DNA of 64,000 nt. Source: Spirochaetia bacterium. GTDB lineage: Bacteria > Spirochaetota > Spirochaetia > UBA9216. The notes below the pieces were generated by a model that was not told the origin of the DNA, ran no database searches, and worked only from the letters and a program-made list of their open reading frames with translations. Both the position numbers and the translations under genes were made by a program. Shown piece after piece: positions 48,175-59,981 of this stretch (positions are counted from its first letter, which is position 1; each line of letters begins with the position of its first letter). The stretch is taken from NCBI GenBank assembly GCA_963675665.1, contig OY776510.1:4608001-4672000 (forward strand), given 5' to 3'.

Positions 48175-48594
48175 CTATTCACGACCCCTTCTTTCAGCAA
48201 ATTTCACTTTGATCGGCAGTTTATTTCCTGCAAGCCTCATTGCTTCGTTGGCAAGTTCAGGACTTACGCCCGACATTTCAAACATCACGGTTCCGGGTTT
48301 AACTTCTGCAACCCAGTATTCCGGATTACCTTTACCTTTTCCCATCCTGGTTTCAGCGGGTTTCTTTGTATAAGGTATGTCAGGGAAAATCCTGATCCAG
48401 ACTTTACCGCCTCTCTTGATATGCCTTGTCATTGCAATACGCGCAGCTTCAATCTGCCTGTTGGTTATCCATTTATTTTCCAGAGAAACCAGACCGTAGT
48501 CGCCGAAGGCAATTGTGTTACCTCTCTGCGCGACACCCCGGAGTACACCGCCTCTCTGTCTCTTCCTGTATTTCGTTCTTTTAGGACTAAGCAT
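48175..48594 (-). CDS. rplP: 50S ribosomal protein L16
   Basis: [17 protein letters not shown]. Confidence 0.98.
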   Translation of the reverse strand: MLSPKRTKYRKRQRGGVLRGVAQRGNTIAFGDYGLVSLENKWITNRQIEAARIAMTRHIKRGGKVWIRIFPDIPYTKKPAETRMGKGKGNPEYWVAEVKPGTVMFEMSGVSPELANEAMRLAGNKLPIKVKFAERRGRE

Positions 48595-48599
48595 CTCGA

Positions 48600-49301
48600 T
48601 TAACTCCTTGCAGAGGATTTATCTCTCTGTTTTTTAACGAGAAGACCCGCATCCTCTTTCCGGTCTCTTTTATAAACCTCTCCGGTAAATACCCAGACCT
48701 TAACGCCTATAACTCCAAAGGTTGTATCGGCTTCTGCAAAACCGTAGTCGATATTTGCCCTTAGAGTATGAAGAGGAACCCGGCCAGCCTTATACTGTTC
48801 CATTCTGGACATTTCGGCCCCGCCGAGTCTTCCTGATATCTTAACCTTAATTCCCTGAATACCAGTCTTCATAGCGTTGTTAACAGCCATTTTTAGAGTT
48901 CTTCTGAAAGCAGATCTGGATTTAAGCTGTCTGGCAATATTCAGAGCAATAATCTGTGCATCGCTTTCAGGCTGTTTAATCTCTTTTATCTTTATCTGAA
49001 TTTTCTTTCCTGCAATAGTCTGCAGTCTGTTTCCAATCTTTTCAATATTAGAACCCTTGGCGCCGATTATAATACCGGGCCTTGATGTCTGAATAACAAC
49101 TGTTATTCTCTGGGGATGTCTGATTATCTCTATATCAGAAATATCCGCACCTTTGGTTTCAGGACAGTTTAAAAGAGTCTTCCTGATTACCAGGTCTTCA
49201 TGCAGTGTGTCTGCATACTCTCTCGGGTCCACATACCATTTGGATTTCCAGGTTTTGTTTATACCGATTCGTAAACCTATAGGATTAACTTTCTGACCCA
49301 T
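48600..49301 (-). CDS. rpsC: 30S ribosomal protein S3
   Basis: [27 protein letters not shown]. Confidence 0.98.
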   Translation of the reverse strand: MGQKVNPIGLRIGINKTWKSKWYVDPREYADTLHEDLVIRKTLLNCPETKGADISDIEIIRHPQRITVVIQTSRPGIIIGAKGSNIEKIGNRLQTIAGKKIQIKIKEIKQPESDAQIIALNIARQLKSRSAFRRTLKMAVNNAMKTGIQGIKVKISGRLGGAEMSRMEQYKAGRVPLHTLRANIDYGFAEADTTFGVIGVKVWVFTGEVYKRDRKEDAGLLVKKQRDKSSARS

Positions 49302-49667
49302 TTATTCCCCCACACTCGCAATTTCATCTACAACAACTGTTATATGACTCATTCTTTTTAAAAGAATGTCTCTCCTGCCCCGACCTCTTGCCCAGACTCT
49401 TTTCATGCGCGGACCGTCATCGATCATCAGAATCTTGATATAGAGCATTTCCTCATCAAGATTTTTATTCTGAAAAAGCGCATTAGCCGCTGCAGACTGT
49501 ATAGTCTTTCGAAGATAAACAGCGCCTTTCTGAGGGAGGCTTTCAAGTATAGCAACCGCCTCAGTATAAGGCTTGTTTCTGACTATATTAGCCACTCTTC
49601 TGAGTTTCGTAGGAGCAATCATCAAATGTGTAGATTTTGCTTTGTATCCTTTTTTTGCGTCCATCAC
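49302..49667 (-). CDS. rplV: 50S ribosomal protein L22
   Basis: SAAANA, RGRGR, SHITVV. Confidence 0.97.
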   Translation of the reverse strand: MMDAKKGYKAKSTHLMIAPTKLRRVANIVRNKPYTEAVAILESLPQKGAVYLRKTIQSAAANALFQNKNLDEEMLYIKILMIDDGPRMKRVWARGRGRRDILLKRMSHITVVVDEIASVGE

Positions 49668-49672
49668 TATAC

Positions 49673-49954
49673 CTATCTCTTACCAGCTTTCTTATCCGAA
49701 CCTGAATGACCTCTGTAAAATCTTGTAGGCGCGAACTCGCCGAGCTTGTGTCCTACAAGGTTTTCGGTAACGTATACCGGCACCCAGGTTTTTCCGTTAT
49801 ATACAGAAACTGTAAAACCAACCATTTCAGGAATGATAGTTGATGATCTCGAAAAAGTTTTTACCATCTTCTTGTCACCAGCTTTCGCCATTTCAACGAT
49901 TCTCTTATACAGTTTTCTCTCAATAAAAGGACCTTTCTTTATTGACCTAGCCAC
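49673..49954 (-). CDS. rpsS: 30S ribosomal protein S19
   Basis: [19 protein letters not shown]. Confidence 0.98.
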   Translation of the reverse strand: MARSIKKGPFIERKLYKRIVEMAKAGDKKMVKTFSRSSTIIPEMVGFTVSVYNGKTWVPVYVTENLVGHKLGEFAPTRFYRGHSGSDKKAGKR

Positions 49955-49965
49955 TATCTATACTC

Positions 49966-50790
49966 CTACTTCCGCTTCTTAACAATAAACTTGCTGGAAG
50001 ACTTGCTCTTCTTTCGTGTCTTGTATCCCTTGGTAGGAACACCCCATGGTGTTACAGGATGACGACCTCCCGAGGTCTTGCCTTCACCGCCTCCGTGCGG
50101 ATGGTCATGAGGATTCATGACAACACCTCGTACTTTCGGCCTTTTGCCCAACCAGCGGGATCTTCCTGCTTTTCCAAGTGTAACATTCATATGATCTTCA
50201 TTACCGACTTCACCAAGTGTTGCCGAACATTTCTTGAAAATCATTCTCATTTCACCGGAAGGAAGTTTCAGAGTTACATAATCGCCGTCTTTGGCAACAA
50301 CTGAAGCTCCAAGTCCTGCAGCCCGAACAAGCTGACCACCGCGTCCAAGTTCAAGTTCAACATTATGCACAGTCATTCCGAGCGGTATGTTTTCAAGCGG
50401 AAGAGTGTTGCCTATCTCAATAGGCGAATTCGGTCCGCTGATTATTTCATTGCCTACCTGAAGACCTTTCGGTGCGAGAACATAACGTTTTTCACCGTCC
50501 GCGTAATTTACAAGAGCTATGTTGGCAGTTCTGTTCGGATCATACTCAATGGTAGCGACCTTTCCGGGAATACCGTATTTATCTCTCTTGAAATCAATTA
50601 TTCTGTATTTTCTTTTATGTCCGCCGCCGCGTCTTCTGACGGCTATTCTTCCACCTGCACCGCGTCCCGCATTTTTGTTGAGCCCTACAGTCAAAGACTT
50701 TTCAGAATCTGTTGTAGTAATCTCGTCAAAAGTCAGTCCGGTCTTGTATCTGAGACTCGGTGTTCTAGGATTATACTTCTTAATTCCCAC
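49966..50790 (-). CDS. rplB: 50S ribosomal protein L2
   Basis: [19 protein letters not shown]. Confidence 0.99.
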   Translation of the reverse strand: MGIKKYNPRTPSLRYKTGLTFDEITTTDSEKSLTVGLNKNAGRGAGGRIAVRRRGGGHKRKYRIIDFKRDKYGIPGKVATIEYDPNRTANIALVNYADGEKRYVLAPKGLQVGNEIISGPNSPIEIGNTLPLENIPLGMTVHNVELELGRGGQLVRAAGLGASVVAKDGDYVTLKLPSGEMRMIFKKCSATLGEVGNEDHMNVTLGKAGRSRWLGKRPKVRGVVMNPHDHPHGGGEGKTSGGRHPVTPWGVPTKGYKTRKKSKSSSKFIVKKRK

Positions 50791-50804
50791 TTCAGCCCCC
50801 TAAC

Positions 50805-51107
50805 CTACACGCCTTCAACCGAATCGATCTTGTCGCCGGCTTTCAGTGTGATTATAGCTTTCTTCCAGGGAGTTGTTTTACCGTAGCGCATACCTGATTT
50901 TGTCCTTGCCATTCTCGGCTTGGATTTTACATTAACGATATTGCAGGCTACAGGCTGAACATTAAAAAGTTCTTTCACTGCTCCCATTATCTGAATCTTG
51001 TTTGCGCGGGGATCAACTTTAAATACATACTTTCTGCTTTCTCCGTCACGCATTTCGTTTGTTTTTTCCGTCAGAACAGGCTCAATAAGTATTCCGATTG
51101 CTTCCAT
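50805..51107 (-). CDS. rplW: 50S ribosomal protein L23
   Basis: PVLTEK, ANKIQI, WKKAIITL. Confidence 0.96.
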   Translation of the reverse strand: MEAIGILIEPVLTEKTNEMRDGESRKYVFKVDPRANKIQIMGAVKELFNVQPVACNIVNVKSKPRMARTKSGMRYGKTTPWKKAIITLKAGDKIDSVEGV

Positions 51108-51109
51108 AA

Positions 51110-51745
51110 TTATTCAGCCTCCCCTTTTCCGTAGAAATCATTTAGATTTCCGGCAGCAGTCTCAAGAACCAGAATCTTCTTTCCGTAAAAAAGATCATGA
51201 GCATTGAGCCTGTTATAAGAAAGAATGCTCAAACCGGGAATATTCCGGCCGGCTCTTCTTACCATTGCGTCGTCATCCTTAAGGATAACAACGGCCCTTC
51301 CTTCTACAGATAAACTCTTAAGTATATTTACAAGATCCCTTGTTTTTCCGGATTCAATACTGAAGTCTTCAACAACAACAAGCGAATCATTCTGAGCCTT
51401 AAGGCTAAGAATTGATTTCATTGCAGCTCTTTTCATCTTCTTCGGCATTGAATAGGAATAGTCACGCGGTTTCGGACCGAATACGGTTCCTCCGCCAACC
51501 CATACCGGAGATTTCTTTGAACCTGATCTTGCATGACCGGTACCTTTCTGGCTCCAGGGTTTTGCTCCGCTTCCTCTTACTTCAGATCTTGTCTTTGTGC
51601 ATGCTGTTCCGACACGACGGTTTGCAAGTTCATTTCTGATAGCATAGTAGATCGAACCCTCGCTAACCTCTTTGCCGAATACATCATCACTAAGAGTTAT
51701 ATCTTTTATCTCTTCGCCACTTATCGAAAAGACCTTTGCTTTCAT
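51110..51745 (-). CDS. rplD: 50S ribosomal protein L4
   Basis: KPWSQKGTGHAR, GGGTVFGPKPR. Confidence 0.98.
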   Translation of the reverse strand: MKAKVFSISGEEIKDITLSDDVFGKEVSEGSIYYAIRNELANRRVGTACTKTRSEVRGSGAKPWSQKGTGHARSGSKKSPVWVGGGTVFGPKPRDYSYSMPKKMKRAAMKSILSLKAQNDSLVVVEDFSIESGKTRDLVNILKSLSVEGRAVVILKDDDAMVRRAGRNIPGLSILSYNRLNAHDLFYGKKILVLETAAGNLNDFYGKGEAE

Positions 51746-51759
51746 ATTCTCACCCTTTA

Positions 51760-52380
51760 CTATTTCTTCTTGGCACGTCGTACGAGCACTACACTGTCGC
51801 GTGTTCCCGGAACTGCACCTTTAACAAGAATAATCTGCTTTTCTGCATCAACCCTGACTATTTTCAGGTTCTGCACCGTTTTTCGCTCGCCGCCCATTCT
51901 ACCAGGCATCTTTGTGCCTTTAATCACCCTGGAAGGCCAGGCAGCCATACCAGTCGAACCGTTTGCCCTGTGAAATTTTGAACCGTGGGTTTTTCTTCCA
52001 CCGCCGAAGCCGTGTCTTTTCATAACACCCTGGTAACCTTTACCCTTTGTAGTACCTATTACGTCTACAAATCTGAGTTCTTCAAATAATTCCACACCGT
52101 ATTTCTGACCAATTTCCGTATCGAGATCGAAATCTCTCATTTCATACAGAAACCGTTTCGGTTCAACTCCTTCAGGAAACTGTCCGCCGTAAGGTTTTGT
52201 TACCTTAGCAGCTTTTTTGTCGACTGTTCCCAATACACAGGCTTCATATCCGTCTTTCTCGACGCTTCTTTTACCAACTACAACATTGTCTTCAAATTTT
52301 ATAACAGTTACAGGGGTCATTGCGCCCTGCTCATCATAAACCTGTGTCATGCCGACTTTCTTGCCGATTAGCCCTAACAT
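51760..52380 (-). CDS. rplC: 50S ribosomal protein L3
   Basis: GKKVGMTQ, KGKGYQGVMKRHGF, VKGAVPG. Confidence 0.98.
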   Translation of the reverse strand: MLGLIGKKVGMTQVYDEQGAMTPVTVIKFEDNVVVGKRSVEKDGYEACVLGTVDKKAAKVTKPYGGQFPEGVEPKRFLYEMRDFDLDTEIGQKYGVELFEELRFVDVIGTTKGKGYQGVMKRHGFGGGRKTHGSKFHRANGSTGMAAWPSRVIKGTKMPGRMGGERKTVQNLKIVRVDAEKQIILVKGAVPGTRDSVVLVRRAKKK

Positions 52381-52411
52381 CGTATACCTCAAATAAAAAC
52401 TAAAATTGTCG

Positions 52412-52723
52412 TTACTGCTTAATCTCTACATCAACGCCAGCGGGAAGCTCTAATGTCATTAAAGCGTCCATGACTTTTGAAGTAGGGTCTAAAATGTCAA
52501 TCAGTCTCTTATGTGTTCTCATCTCAAACTGCTCTCTGGACTTCTTGTTAACATGAGGAGACCTCAGAACAGTGTATTTATTAATCCGTGTGGGTAGCGG
52601 GATCGGTCCTGCAACTTTTGAACCGGCCTTTCCTACTGTCTGTACGATTGACTTTGCACTCTGATCAACAAGTTCTACGTCGAACCCTCTCAATCTCACT
52701 CGGATCCTATCATTTTTGGCCAT
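52412..52723 (-). CDS. rpsJ: 30S ribosomal protein S10
   Basis: [21 protein letters not shown]. Confidence 0.98.
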   Translation of the reverse strand: MAKNDRIRVRLRGFDVELVDQSAKSIVQTVGKAGSKVAGPIPLPTRINKYTVLRSPHVNKKSREQFEMRTHKRLIDILDPTSKVMDALMTLELPAGVDVEIKQ

Positions 52724-52735
52724 TATTCCTCCTGA

Positions 52736-52764
52736 CAATAAAGTCCCGGCTGTAAAGCCAGGAC
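52736..52764 (-). terminator. Terminator-like hairpin between tuf and rpsJ
   Basis: GTCCTGGCT-ttac-AGCCGGGAC (one G-U pair) followed by TTTATT. Confidence 0.55.
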
Positions 52765-52778
52765 CAATGTCTATTCAA

Positions 52779-53963
52779 TTACTCGATAATTTCAGTTACC
52801 TGACCACTGGCAACTGTTCTTCCACCCTCACGGATAGCAAATCTGAGACCTTTCTCCATAGCGATCGGATGTATGAGTTCAATCTCGAGCTCAACATGAT
52901 CACCAGGCATAACCATCTGCTTGTCGGCAGGAAGATTAACTGTTCCGGTAATATCGGTAGTTCTGAAATAGAACTGAGGTCTGTAACCGGAGAAGAACGG
53001 CGAATGACGACCACCCTCTTCCTTGGAGAGTACGTATGTTGCACCCTGAAACTTAACGTGCGGAGTAATTGTTCCGGGTTTAGCAAGAACCTGGCCTCTT
53101 TCTACTTCTTTCTTGTCGGTACCTCTGAGAAGAGCGCCGATGTTATCACCAGCCTGACCTTCATCAAGAAGCTTGTTAAACATCTCAACACCGGTACATG
53201 TAGTCTTGGCAGTCGCCTTGATACCTACAATTTCGATTTCGTCGCCAACATGAACAACACCTCTTTCAATACGACCGGTAACTACAGTACCACGGCCCTG
53301 AATAGAGAAAATATCTTCAATCGGCATAAGGAAAGGTTTGTCAACATCTCGTTCCGGAACAGGAAAATATGTATCCATTGCATCAAGAAGTTCCTGGATA
53401 CATGCAGTCTTCTCGGGATCATCAGGATTTGACATTGCTTCAAAGGCGGAACCCTTGATAAAAGGACAATCTGACGGGAATTCATAAAATTCAAGAATTT
53501 CCTGAACCTCAACTTCAACGAGTTCAACAAGTTCCGGATCCGCAAGGTCCATCTTGTTCAGAAAAACAATAAGCTTGGGCACTCCAACCTGTCTTGCAAG
53601 AAGGATATGCTCTCTTGTCTGAGGCTCGGGACCAGAATCAGCGGCAACCAGAATAATAGCACCGTCCATCTGTGCAGCACCGGTTATCATGTTCTTGATA
53701 TAGTCGGCGTGACCCGGACAGTCAACATGAGCATAGTGTCTTGTTGCTGTTTCGTACTCAATATGACGTGTATTAATGGTTATTCCTCTGGCTTTTTCTT
53801 CCGGAGCGTTATCAATGTCATCATAGTTCATGACTTTACCACCCTGCTTCATTGAGCAGTACATGGAAATTGCGGCAGTAAGTGTCGTCTTACCATGGTC
53901 AACGTGTCCGATAGTTCCTACGTTAACATGATCCTTAGTTCTAGAAAACTTTTCTTTAGCCAT
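52779..53963 (-). CDS. tuf: Elongation factor Tu
   Basis: [34 protein letters not shown]. Confidence 0.99.
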   Translation of the reverse strand: MAKEKFSRTKDHVNVGTIGHVDHGKTTLTAAISMYCSMKQGGKVMNYDDIDNAPEEKARGITINTRHIEYETATRHYAHVDCPGHADYIKNMITGAAQMDGAIILVAADSGPEPQTREHILLARQVGVPKLIVFLNKMDLADPELVELVEVEVQEILEFYEFPSDCPFIKGSAFEAMSNPDDPEKTACIQELLDAMDTYFPVPERDVDKPFLMPIEDIFSIQGRGTVVTGRIERGVVHVGDEIEIVGIKATAKTTCTGVEMFNKLLDEGQAGDNIGALLRGTDKKEVERGQVLAKPGTITPHVKFQGATYVLSKEEGGRHSPFFSGYRPQFYFRTTDITGTVNLPADKQMVMPGDHVELEIELIHPIAMEKGLRFAIREGGRTVASGQVTEIIE

Positions 53964-54276
53964 TTATTCCTCCTTACTACGATCCTAATGGCTCAAAAAA
54001 TTGTATGACAATGCAGCGTAACCGTGCCGGCAAACTGCCGCTTTTAGGCCACTCTTCATGTTGTCAACAATATATTAGCAATATTCAGGATAAACCTGTC
54101 TTTTTCAGCCAAACTTCACCTGTATAACTGTATGTGAAAAGATAGTAAAGTAATCGGCCATGAGTTAAAACTGACAGCTAAGAACAGAACCACCTTACCA
54201 CCCTAATGACAGCTCAGAAGGACGATTGGTTTGGCAAAATCACCGGACTGAAATTCGATCAGTCCTACAAACAAGC

Positions 54277-54305
54277 ACTATAATTAAAATAGGCTTTTAA
54301 GTCAA
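54277..54305 (-). promoter_or_regulatory. sigma70-type promoter upstream of tuf
   Basis: TTGACT-N17-TATAGT about 310 nt before the tuf ATG. Confidence 0.7.
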
Positions 54306-54352
54306 GCATTGTGCCCGCCGGGATATTTTCTCAGCGGAAAAAAACAAAAAAA

Positions 54353-54832
<480 letters not shown>

Positions 54833-55207
54833 TTACGCCTTCGGTCTCTTGGTACCGTATTTTGAACGGCCCTGCCTGCGGTCATCTACACCAAGCGTAT
54901 CCTTGGCTCCTCTAACGATATGATAACGTACACCCGGAAGATCCTTAACCCTGCCTCCGCGTAAAAGCACTACAGAGTGCTCCTGAAGATTATGACCAAC
55001 ACCCGGAATGTAGGCCGTAACCTCAATCCCGTTTGAAAGTCTTACTCTCGCAACCTTACGCAAAGCCGAATTCGGCTTCTTAGGAGTTACGGTCATCACA
55101 CGGGTACAAACCCCTCTTTTCTGAGGGCAGGCATCAAGAGCAGGTGCTGTAGTTTTCTTGTTAACCTGCTTTCTGCCTTTTCTTACAAGTTGATTTATTG
55201 TAGGCAT
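54833..55207 (-). CDS. rpsL: 30S ribosomal protein S12
   Basis: [26 protein letters not shown]. Confidence 0.99.
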   Translation of the reverse strand: MPTINQLVRKGRKQVNKKTTAPALDACPQKRGVCTRVMTVTPKKPNSALRKVARVRLSNGIEVTAYIPGVGHNLQEHSVVLLRGGRVKDLPGVRYHIVRGAKDTLGVDDRRQGRSKYGTKRPKA

Positions 55208-55251
55208 TTACGTGTAATACTCCCTAATTCCACTATTATTTTGTGAGCTTG

Positions 55252-55280
55252 ACTCTAACAGTCAGTCTGAAAAAAGTCAA
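55252..55280 (-). promoter_or_regulatory. sigma70-type promoter of rpsL
   Basis: TTGACT-N17-TAGAGT with TGn extension, lying within the GCTTGACT/AGTCAAGC inverted repeat. Confidence 0.6.
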
Positions 55281-55296
55281 GCCCGCGTAAATCTGA

Positions 55297-55480
55297 CCGA
55301 CGAATCATGATTCAAGCTCCGTCGGCCGACTTCATAAAGAAGTCTAATTTCTTGACAGAAATTTAATTTCCTTTCGGAAATTTAATATACGATGCATCGG
55401 CAGTTTAAATCCGGGAACCTTCGGTTCTAACGGACTCAGCATGAACTGCCGCATCAACACCGTTTCCCAAAAGAAACAGT
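55297..55480 (-). other. Six back-to-back hairpins in the rpoC-rpsL spacer
   Basis: Stems at 55297-55325, 55328-55344, 55346-55363, 55365-55382, 55391-55455, 55459-55480. Confidence 0.65.
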
Positions 55481-55500
55481 TTATTCTCTCTGCCGGTACC

Positions 55501-58500
55501 CTATTCAGCACCGTCATCGTCGGCCGAATCACCGCGACCTCTGCCGGAATCGTTAAAAATACCGGCTTCCGACAACGCCTGTTCTATTCCGGTCCCGGCG
55601 AACGAAAGCTTCTGCTCGTCGGGATTATCCCGTCCCTCAGCTTCTTCAGCCGCTTTCTCAGCTTTCCGAAGCTCAAGAATTTTCTGTATGGAGGCATCAA
55701 GATCTTCACTTGTATCGTCATACAGCCTTACATTCTTGTAGGCCCTCATTCCCGTACCGGCCGGTATCGGGTGACCGATTACTACGTTTTCCTTAAGTCC
55801 CCGCAGATTATCAACGCTTCCGGCTATCGCAGCATTCGTAAGAACCTTTGTGGTTTCCTGAAAGGAAGCAGCCGAAAGGAATGAGTCAATATTCAGCGAA
55901 GCCCTTGTAATACCAAGCAGCAACGGTCTGGCCACGGCAGGCTGTCCGCCTTCACGCATAACCTTTCGATTTTCGGAATGGAATTTATACTTGTCGACCT
56001 GCTGACCATAAATAAAGTTGGTATCTCCGACCTGACGAATCTCAACCTTTCTCATCATCTGGCGTACTATTACGCCGATATGTTTATCGTTAATTACTAC
56101 GCCCTGCATTCGGTAAACTTCCTGAACCTCGTCAACAAGATAAGACTGAAGTTCGTTTTCACCAAGAATATCGAGAATATCATGCGGATCAACCGCGCCG
56201 TCGCAGAGAAGTTCACCTGCCTCAACAAGGTCACCGTCCCTGACAAGAAGATGCTTGCCCATCGGTACAAGATGTTTGTAAACAGTAGCATCATCGCCGT
56301 CAGTTTCAGCAAAATCATCCTGAATTTCAACGACCCGCTTTCCTTTTATTATACCTTTCAAATGAATGGTCCCGCTTATTTTTGCCAGAACTGTCGGGTT
56401 TTTCGGTCTTCTGGCTTCAAAAAGTTCACCGACACGGGGCAGACCACCGGTTATATCCTTTGTTTTTACGGATTCCTTGAGAAGCTTAGCGAGTGTTTTA
56501 CCAACGCTTACCTTATCGCCGTCATCAACATTAAGATAGGCATTTCCCGGCAGATAATACGTTGCGATTTCTTCACCATTCTTCCCGACTATCTGAAGCA
56601 TCGGCTGGAGGGTTTCAAGGGCATGTTCGGTAATTTTTTTGTCTACATTACCCGTATCCTCGTTAATTTCCTCTTTAAGGGTGGTGCCGAGAATAATATC
56701 CTTGTACTTAACGGTACCCTCAACCTCGGCAATTATCGGTTCGGAGAATGGGTCGAATACGGCAATTGAATCATCAGCCGGAACAACCGTTCCCACGCCG
56801 ACCATCAGCTTGGCTCCGGTGCGGATATCAATCTTCTGATCCTGTGCTACAAGGACAACTTCATTGTCAAGAACTGAAACAAAGCCTATTTCCTCAGCCT
56901 TCAGAACGTCCGATCCCTGTTTAACAAGATCGTCACCCGGGACAACCTTCAGTCCGTCTTCCACAAGAACCTTTCCGCCTTTCGCGTATGGTATTCTCTG
57001 AAGAACCTTTGCCAGTATTACATTTCCCTTTCTGGTATACAACACGTCGCCGTTTTCAAGCTTGACTGTTGTTCCGTTTATTTCTTTGATAAGAGTCGGG
57101 TAATGCAGGTAAGTCCTGTTTTCTTCGCTTACTTTTGTAGCGGCTCCACCTATATGGAAAGTTCTCATCGTCAACTGCGTACCGGGCTGGCCGATTGACT
57201 GTGCAGCTATGATTCCTACAGCCTCACCTATTTCAACTGTTCTGTTGTTTGCAAGGTTTCGGCCGTAACACTTTCGGCATACTCCATGTTCGGCTTCACA
57301 GGTAAGAACCGTTCTTATCCTTACGCTTTCAACACCGGCGTCTTCAATGGCAATTGCAATATCGTCAGTTATCTCTTCGTTAACATCAACCATAATTTCA
57401 CCGGTTATCGGATGTTTTACGCGCTCAAGTGTAAAACGGCCGACAATTCGATCGGACAGGGATTCTACAACTTCTTCGCCGTCCTTTATGGCCCTGATTT
57501 CTATACCGTTGATGGTCCCGCAGTCGTCATCATTAATAACGACATCCTGTGCAATATCAACAAGCCGCCTTGTCAGGTATCCCGCATCTGCGGTTTTCAG
57601 CGCAGTATCGGCAAGACCCTTTCGGGCACCGTTTGTCGAGATAAAAAACTCGATAATCGAAAGGCCTTCCTTAAAATTGGACCGGATCGGAAGCTCAATA
57701 ATATCTCCCGAAGGTTTGGCCATAAGACCTCGCATACCTGCAAGCTGCCTGATCTGTGTCCGGCTTCCCCGTGCTCCCGAGTCGGCCATCATGTATACGG
57801 GGTTAAATCCGTCCCGATCCTGCTTCAGTGTTTTCATCAGTACGTTTGTAAGATCCTCATTGGTCTTACTCCACACCTCAACAACCCTGTTGTACCGTTC
57901 TTCAGTTGTTATATGACCCTGAATATACTGTTCCTGGATGGTCAGAACCTCCGAATTGGCAGATTCAATCATTTTCTTCTTGTCGGCCGGTATTACGATA
58001 TCCTGCATACTGATTGTAGCGCCGAAAACGGTCGCATATTTAAATCCGGTATCCTTGATTGCATCAAGCATATTTACCGTTATCGACGGACCGTGCTTTT
58101 TGATAGTGGCCGCGATAAGGGTACGAAGCTCCTTGTCGCCTAGCGACCAGTTAACATATTCTATCTCTTCCGGCATGGCCTTGTTGAATATTACCCGGCC
58201 GGCGGTTGTATCAATATATTCGCCGTCAATCTTTACCTTGCATAAAGCCTGATAATCTACGGCTCCCGCATCCTGGGCGAGAATAATCTCATCTCCGGAC
58301 CCGAACCACTTCCCTTCGCCGTGCGCTCCGGGCCTGGCCCTTGTCAGGTAGTTGATTCCCAGAACCATATCCTGCGACGGGAACACAATCGGGCTTCCGC
58401 TTGCAGGGTTAAGCAGGTTGTTGACCGACAGCATAAGCGTCCAGCACTCAATCTGCGCAGCCTGGGTCAGCGGAACATGAACGGCCATCTGGTCGCCGTC

Positions 58501-59850
58501 GAAGTCGGCATTATATGCGTGACAAACAAGCGGGTGCAGCTTTATGGCCTTTCCCTGAACAAGAACCGGCTCAAAAGCCTGGATACCGAGCCTGTGCAGG
58601 GTAGGAGCCCTGTTCAGCAGTACCGGATGCTCCCGAACTACCTCGTCAAGAACTGCCCATACTTCAGGTGTTTCCTGCTCAACAAGGTTCTTGGCCTTTT
58701 TAATATTATAAACAACGTCTTTTTCGACGAGCTTTTTCATTATAAACGGTTTGTACAGCTCAAGCGCCATCTTGGTCGGAAGGCCGCATTGATGCATTCT
58801 CAGGCTCGGTCCTACTACAATAACCGAACGGCCGGAATAGTCTACGCGCTTTCCGAGAAGGTTCTGTCTGAATCGTCCCTGTTTACCTTTAAGAAAATCC
58901 GAAAGTGATTTGAGCGGTCTGTTTGAAGCGCCCTTAACAACCCTTTTCTTCTTTGAATTATCAAAAAGCGCGTCTACAGCTTCCTGAAGCATTCTTTTTT
59001 CATTTCTTATTATGATATCGGGAGCATTAAGAGCCATCAGCCTCTTAAGCCTGTTGTTTCTGTTTATCACACGCCTGTATAAATCATTCAGGTCGGAAGT
59101 TGCAAAACGTCCGCCGTCAAGCTGTACCATCGGGCGCAGTTCCGGCGGTATTACCGGGATAACATCCAGAATCATCCACTCGGGTTTGTTTTTTGAATCA
59201 CGGAAGTTTTCTACAATCTCTATACGCTTTAAAAGCCGTTTATCAGCTTTTGCTCCTTTTTCAACCATCTTTGCTCTCAGCTCGACAGACAGAACATCAA
59301 GGTCGATTCGTTCAAGAAGGGTCCTTATAGCCTCGGCACCTATACCGGCGGAAAAACTCATACCGTAACGTTCACGGGCGGTATTATATTCCTCTTCAGT
59401 AAGAAGCTCCATTTTCTTCAGATCGGTGTCACCCGGATCAATAACTATATATTTTTCATAATACAAAATAGATCTGAGCGCAGCAACCGTAAGGTCAAGA
59501 AGAAGACCCATCCGGGAAGGAACAGAGCGGTAATACCATATATGCGATACAGGTGATGCCAGCTCAATATGCCCCATTCTTTCTCGTCTGACCTTGAAAT
59601 GGGTAACCTCTACACCACAGCGATCACAAATAACGCCCTTATAGCGAATAGACTTGAACTTGCCGCAGTAACATTCCCATTCCTTTGTGGTTCCGAATAT
59701 CCTTTCGCAGAACAGGCCGTCTTTTTCCGGCCTTAGCGTACGATAATTGATAGTCTCCGGCTTTTTTACTTCGCCGTAAGACCACGCCCTTATCTGCTCA
59801 GGCGACGCCAGCATTATCTGTATATGATCAAAATCCTGTATTTCTCTCAT
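55501..59850 (-). CDS. rpoC: RNA polymerase beta' subunit
   Basis: NADFDGDQM catalytic motif, Zn-finger Cys residues, SAASFQET. Confidence 0.99.
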   Translation of the reverse strand: MREIQDFDHIQIMLASPEQIRAWSYGEVKKPETINYRTLRPEKDGLFCERIFGTTKEWECYCGKFKSIRYKGVICDRCGVEVTHFKVRRERMGHIELASPVSHIWYYRSVPSRMGLLLDLTVAALRSILYYEKYIVIDPGDTDLKKMELLTEEEYNTARERYGMSFSAGIGAEAIRTLLERIDLDVLSVELRAKMVEKGAKADKRLLKRIEIVENFRDSKNKPEWMILDVIPVIPPELRPMVQLDGGRFATSDLNDLYRRVINRNNRLKRLMALNAPDIIIRNEKRMLQEAVDALFDNSKKKRVVKGASNRPLKSLSDFLKGKQGRFRQNLLGKRVDYSGRSVIVVGPSLRMHQCGLPTKMALELYKPFIMKKLVEKDVVYNIKKAKNLVEQETPEVWAVLDEVVREHPVLLNRAPTLHRLGIQAFEPVLVQGKAIKLHPLVCHAYNADFDGDQMAVHVPLTQAAQIECWTLMLSVNNLLNPASGSPIVFPSQDMVLGINYLTRARPGAHGEGKWFGSGDEIILAQDAGAVDYQALCKVKIDGEYIDTTAGRVIFNKAMPEEIEYVNWSLGDKELRTLIAATIKKHGPSITVNMLDAIKDTGFKYATVFGATISMQDIVIPADKKKMIESANSEVLTIQEQYIQGHITTEERYNRVVEVWSKTNEDLTNVLMKTLKQDRDGFNPVYMMADSGARGSRTQIRQLAGMRGLMAKPSGDIIELPIRSNFKEGLSIIEFFISTNGARKGLADTALKTADAGYLTRRLVDIAQDVVINDDDCGTINGIEIRAIKDGEEVVESLSDRIVGRFTLERVKHPITGEIMVDVNEEITDDIAIAIEDAGVESVRIRTVLTCEAEHGVCRKCYGRNLANNRTVEIGEAVGIIAAQSIGQPGTQLTMRTFHIGGAATKVSEENRTYLHYPTLIKEINGTTVKLENGDVLYTRKGNVILAKVLQRIPYAKGGKVLVEDGLKVVPGDDLVKQGSDVLKAEEIGFVSVLDNEVVLVAQDQKIDIRTGAKLMVGVGTVVPADDSIAVFDPFSEPIIAEVEGTVKYKDIILGTTLKEEINEDTGNVDKKITEHALETLQPMLQIVGKNGEEIATYYLPGNAYLNVDDGDKVSVGKTLAKLLKESVKTKDITGGLPRVGELFEARRPKNPTVLAKISGTIHLKGIIKGKRVVEIQDDFAETDGDDATVYKHLVPMGKHLLVRDGDLVEAGELLCDGAVDPHDILDILGENELQSYLVDEVQEVYRMQGVVINDKHIGVIVRQMMRKVEIRQVGDTNFIYGQQVDKYKFHSENRKVMREGGQPAVARPLLLGITRASLNIDSFLSAASFQETTKVLTNAAIAGSVDNLRGLKENVVIGHPIPAGTGMRAYKNVRLYDDTSEDLDASIQKILELRKAEKAAEEAEGRDNPDEQKLSFAGTGIEQALSEAGIFNDSGRGRGDSADDDGAE

Positions 59851-59870
59851 TTTTTCTCCCTTAATGTCTC

Positions 59871-59981
59871 CCCGTCAAAAGCTGCCCGGCAGCTTAGATG
59901 ACTGGGTAAACAGAGTGAAGAACGTAAAGCAGAGCTTTGCGTTCTTCTGAGTAACATAGGACACGGATGTCCAATGTTACT
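59871..59981 (-). repeat. Three-hairpin module between rpoB and rpoC
   Basis: Minus strand: 14-bp stem with TCCG loop (59950-59981), 14-bp stem with TCT loop (59917-59947), each with one mismatch; AAGCTGCC-g-GGCAGCTT (59879-59895). Confidence 0.85.

Noticed and set aside
53964-54352. tRNA genes or a fusA pseudogene upstream of tuf
   Set aside because: No T-arm GTTCRA consensus or cloverleaf, and no EF-G-like peptide recognised by eye
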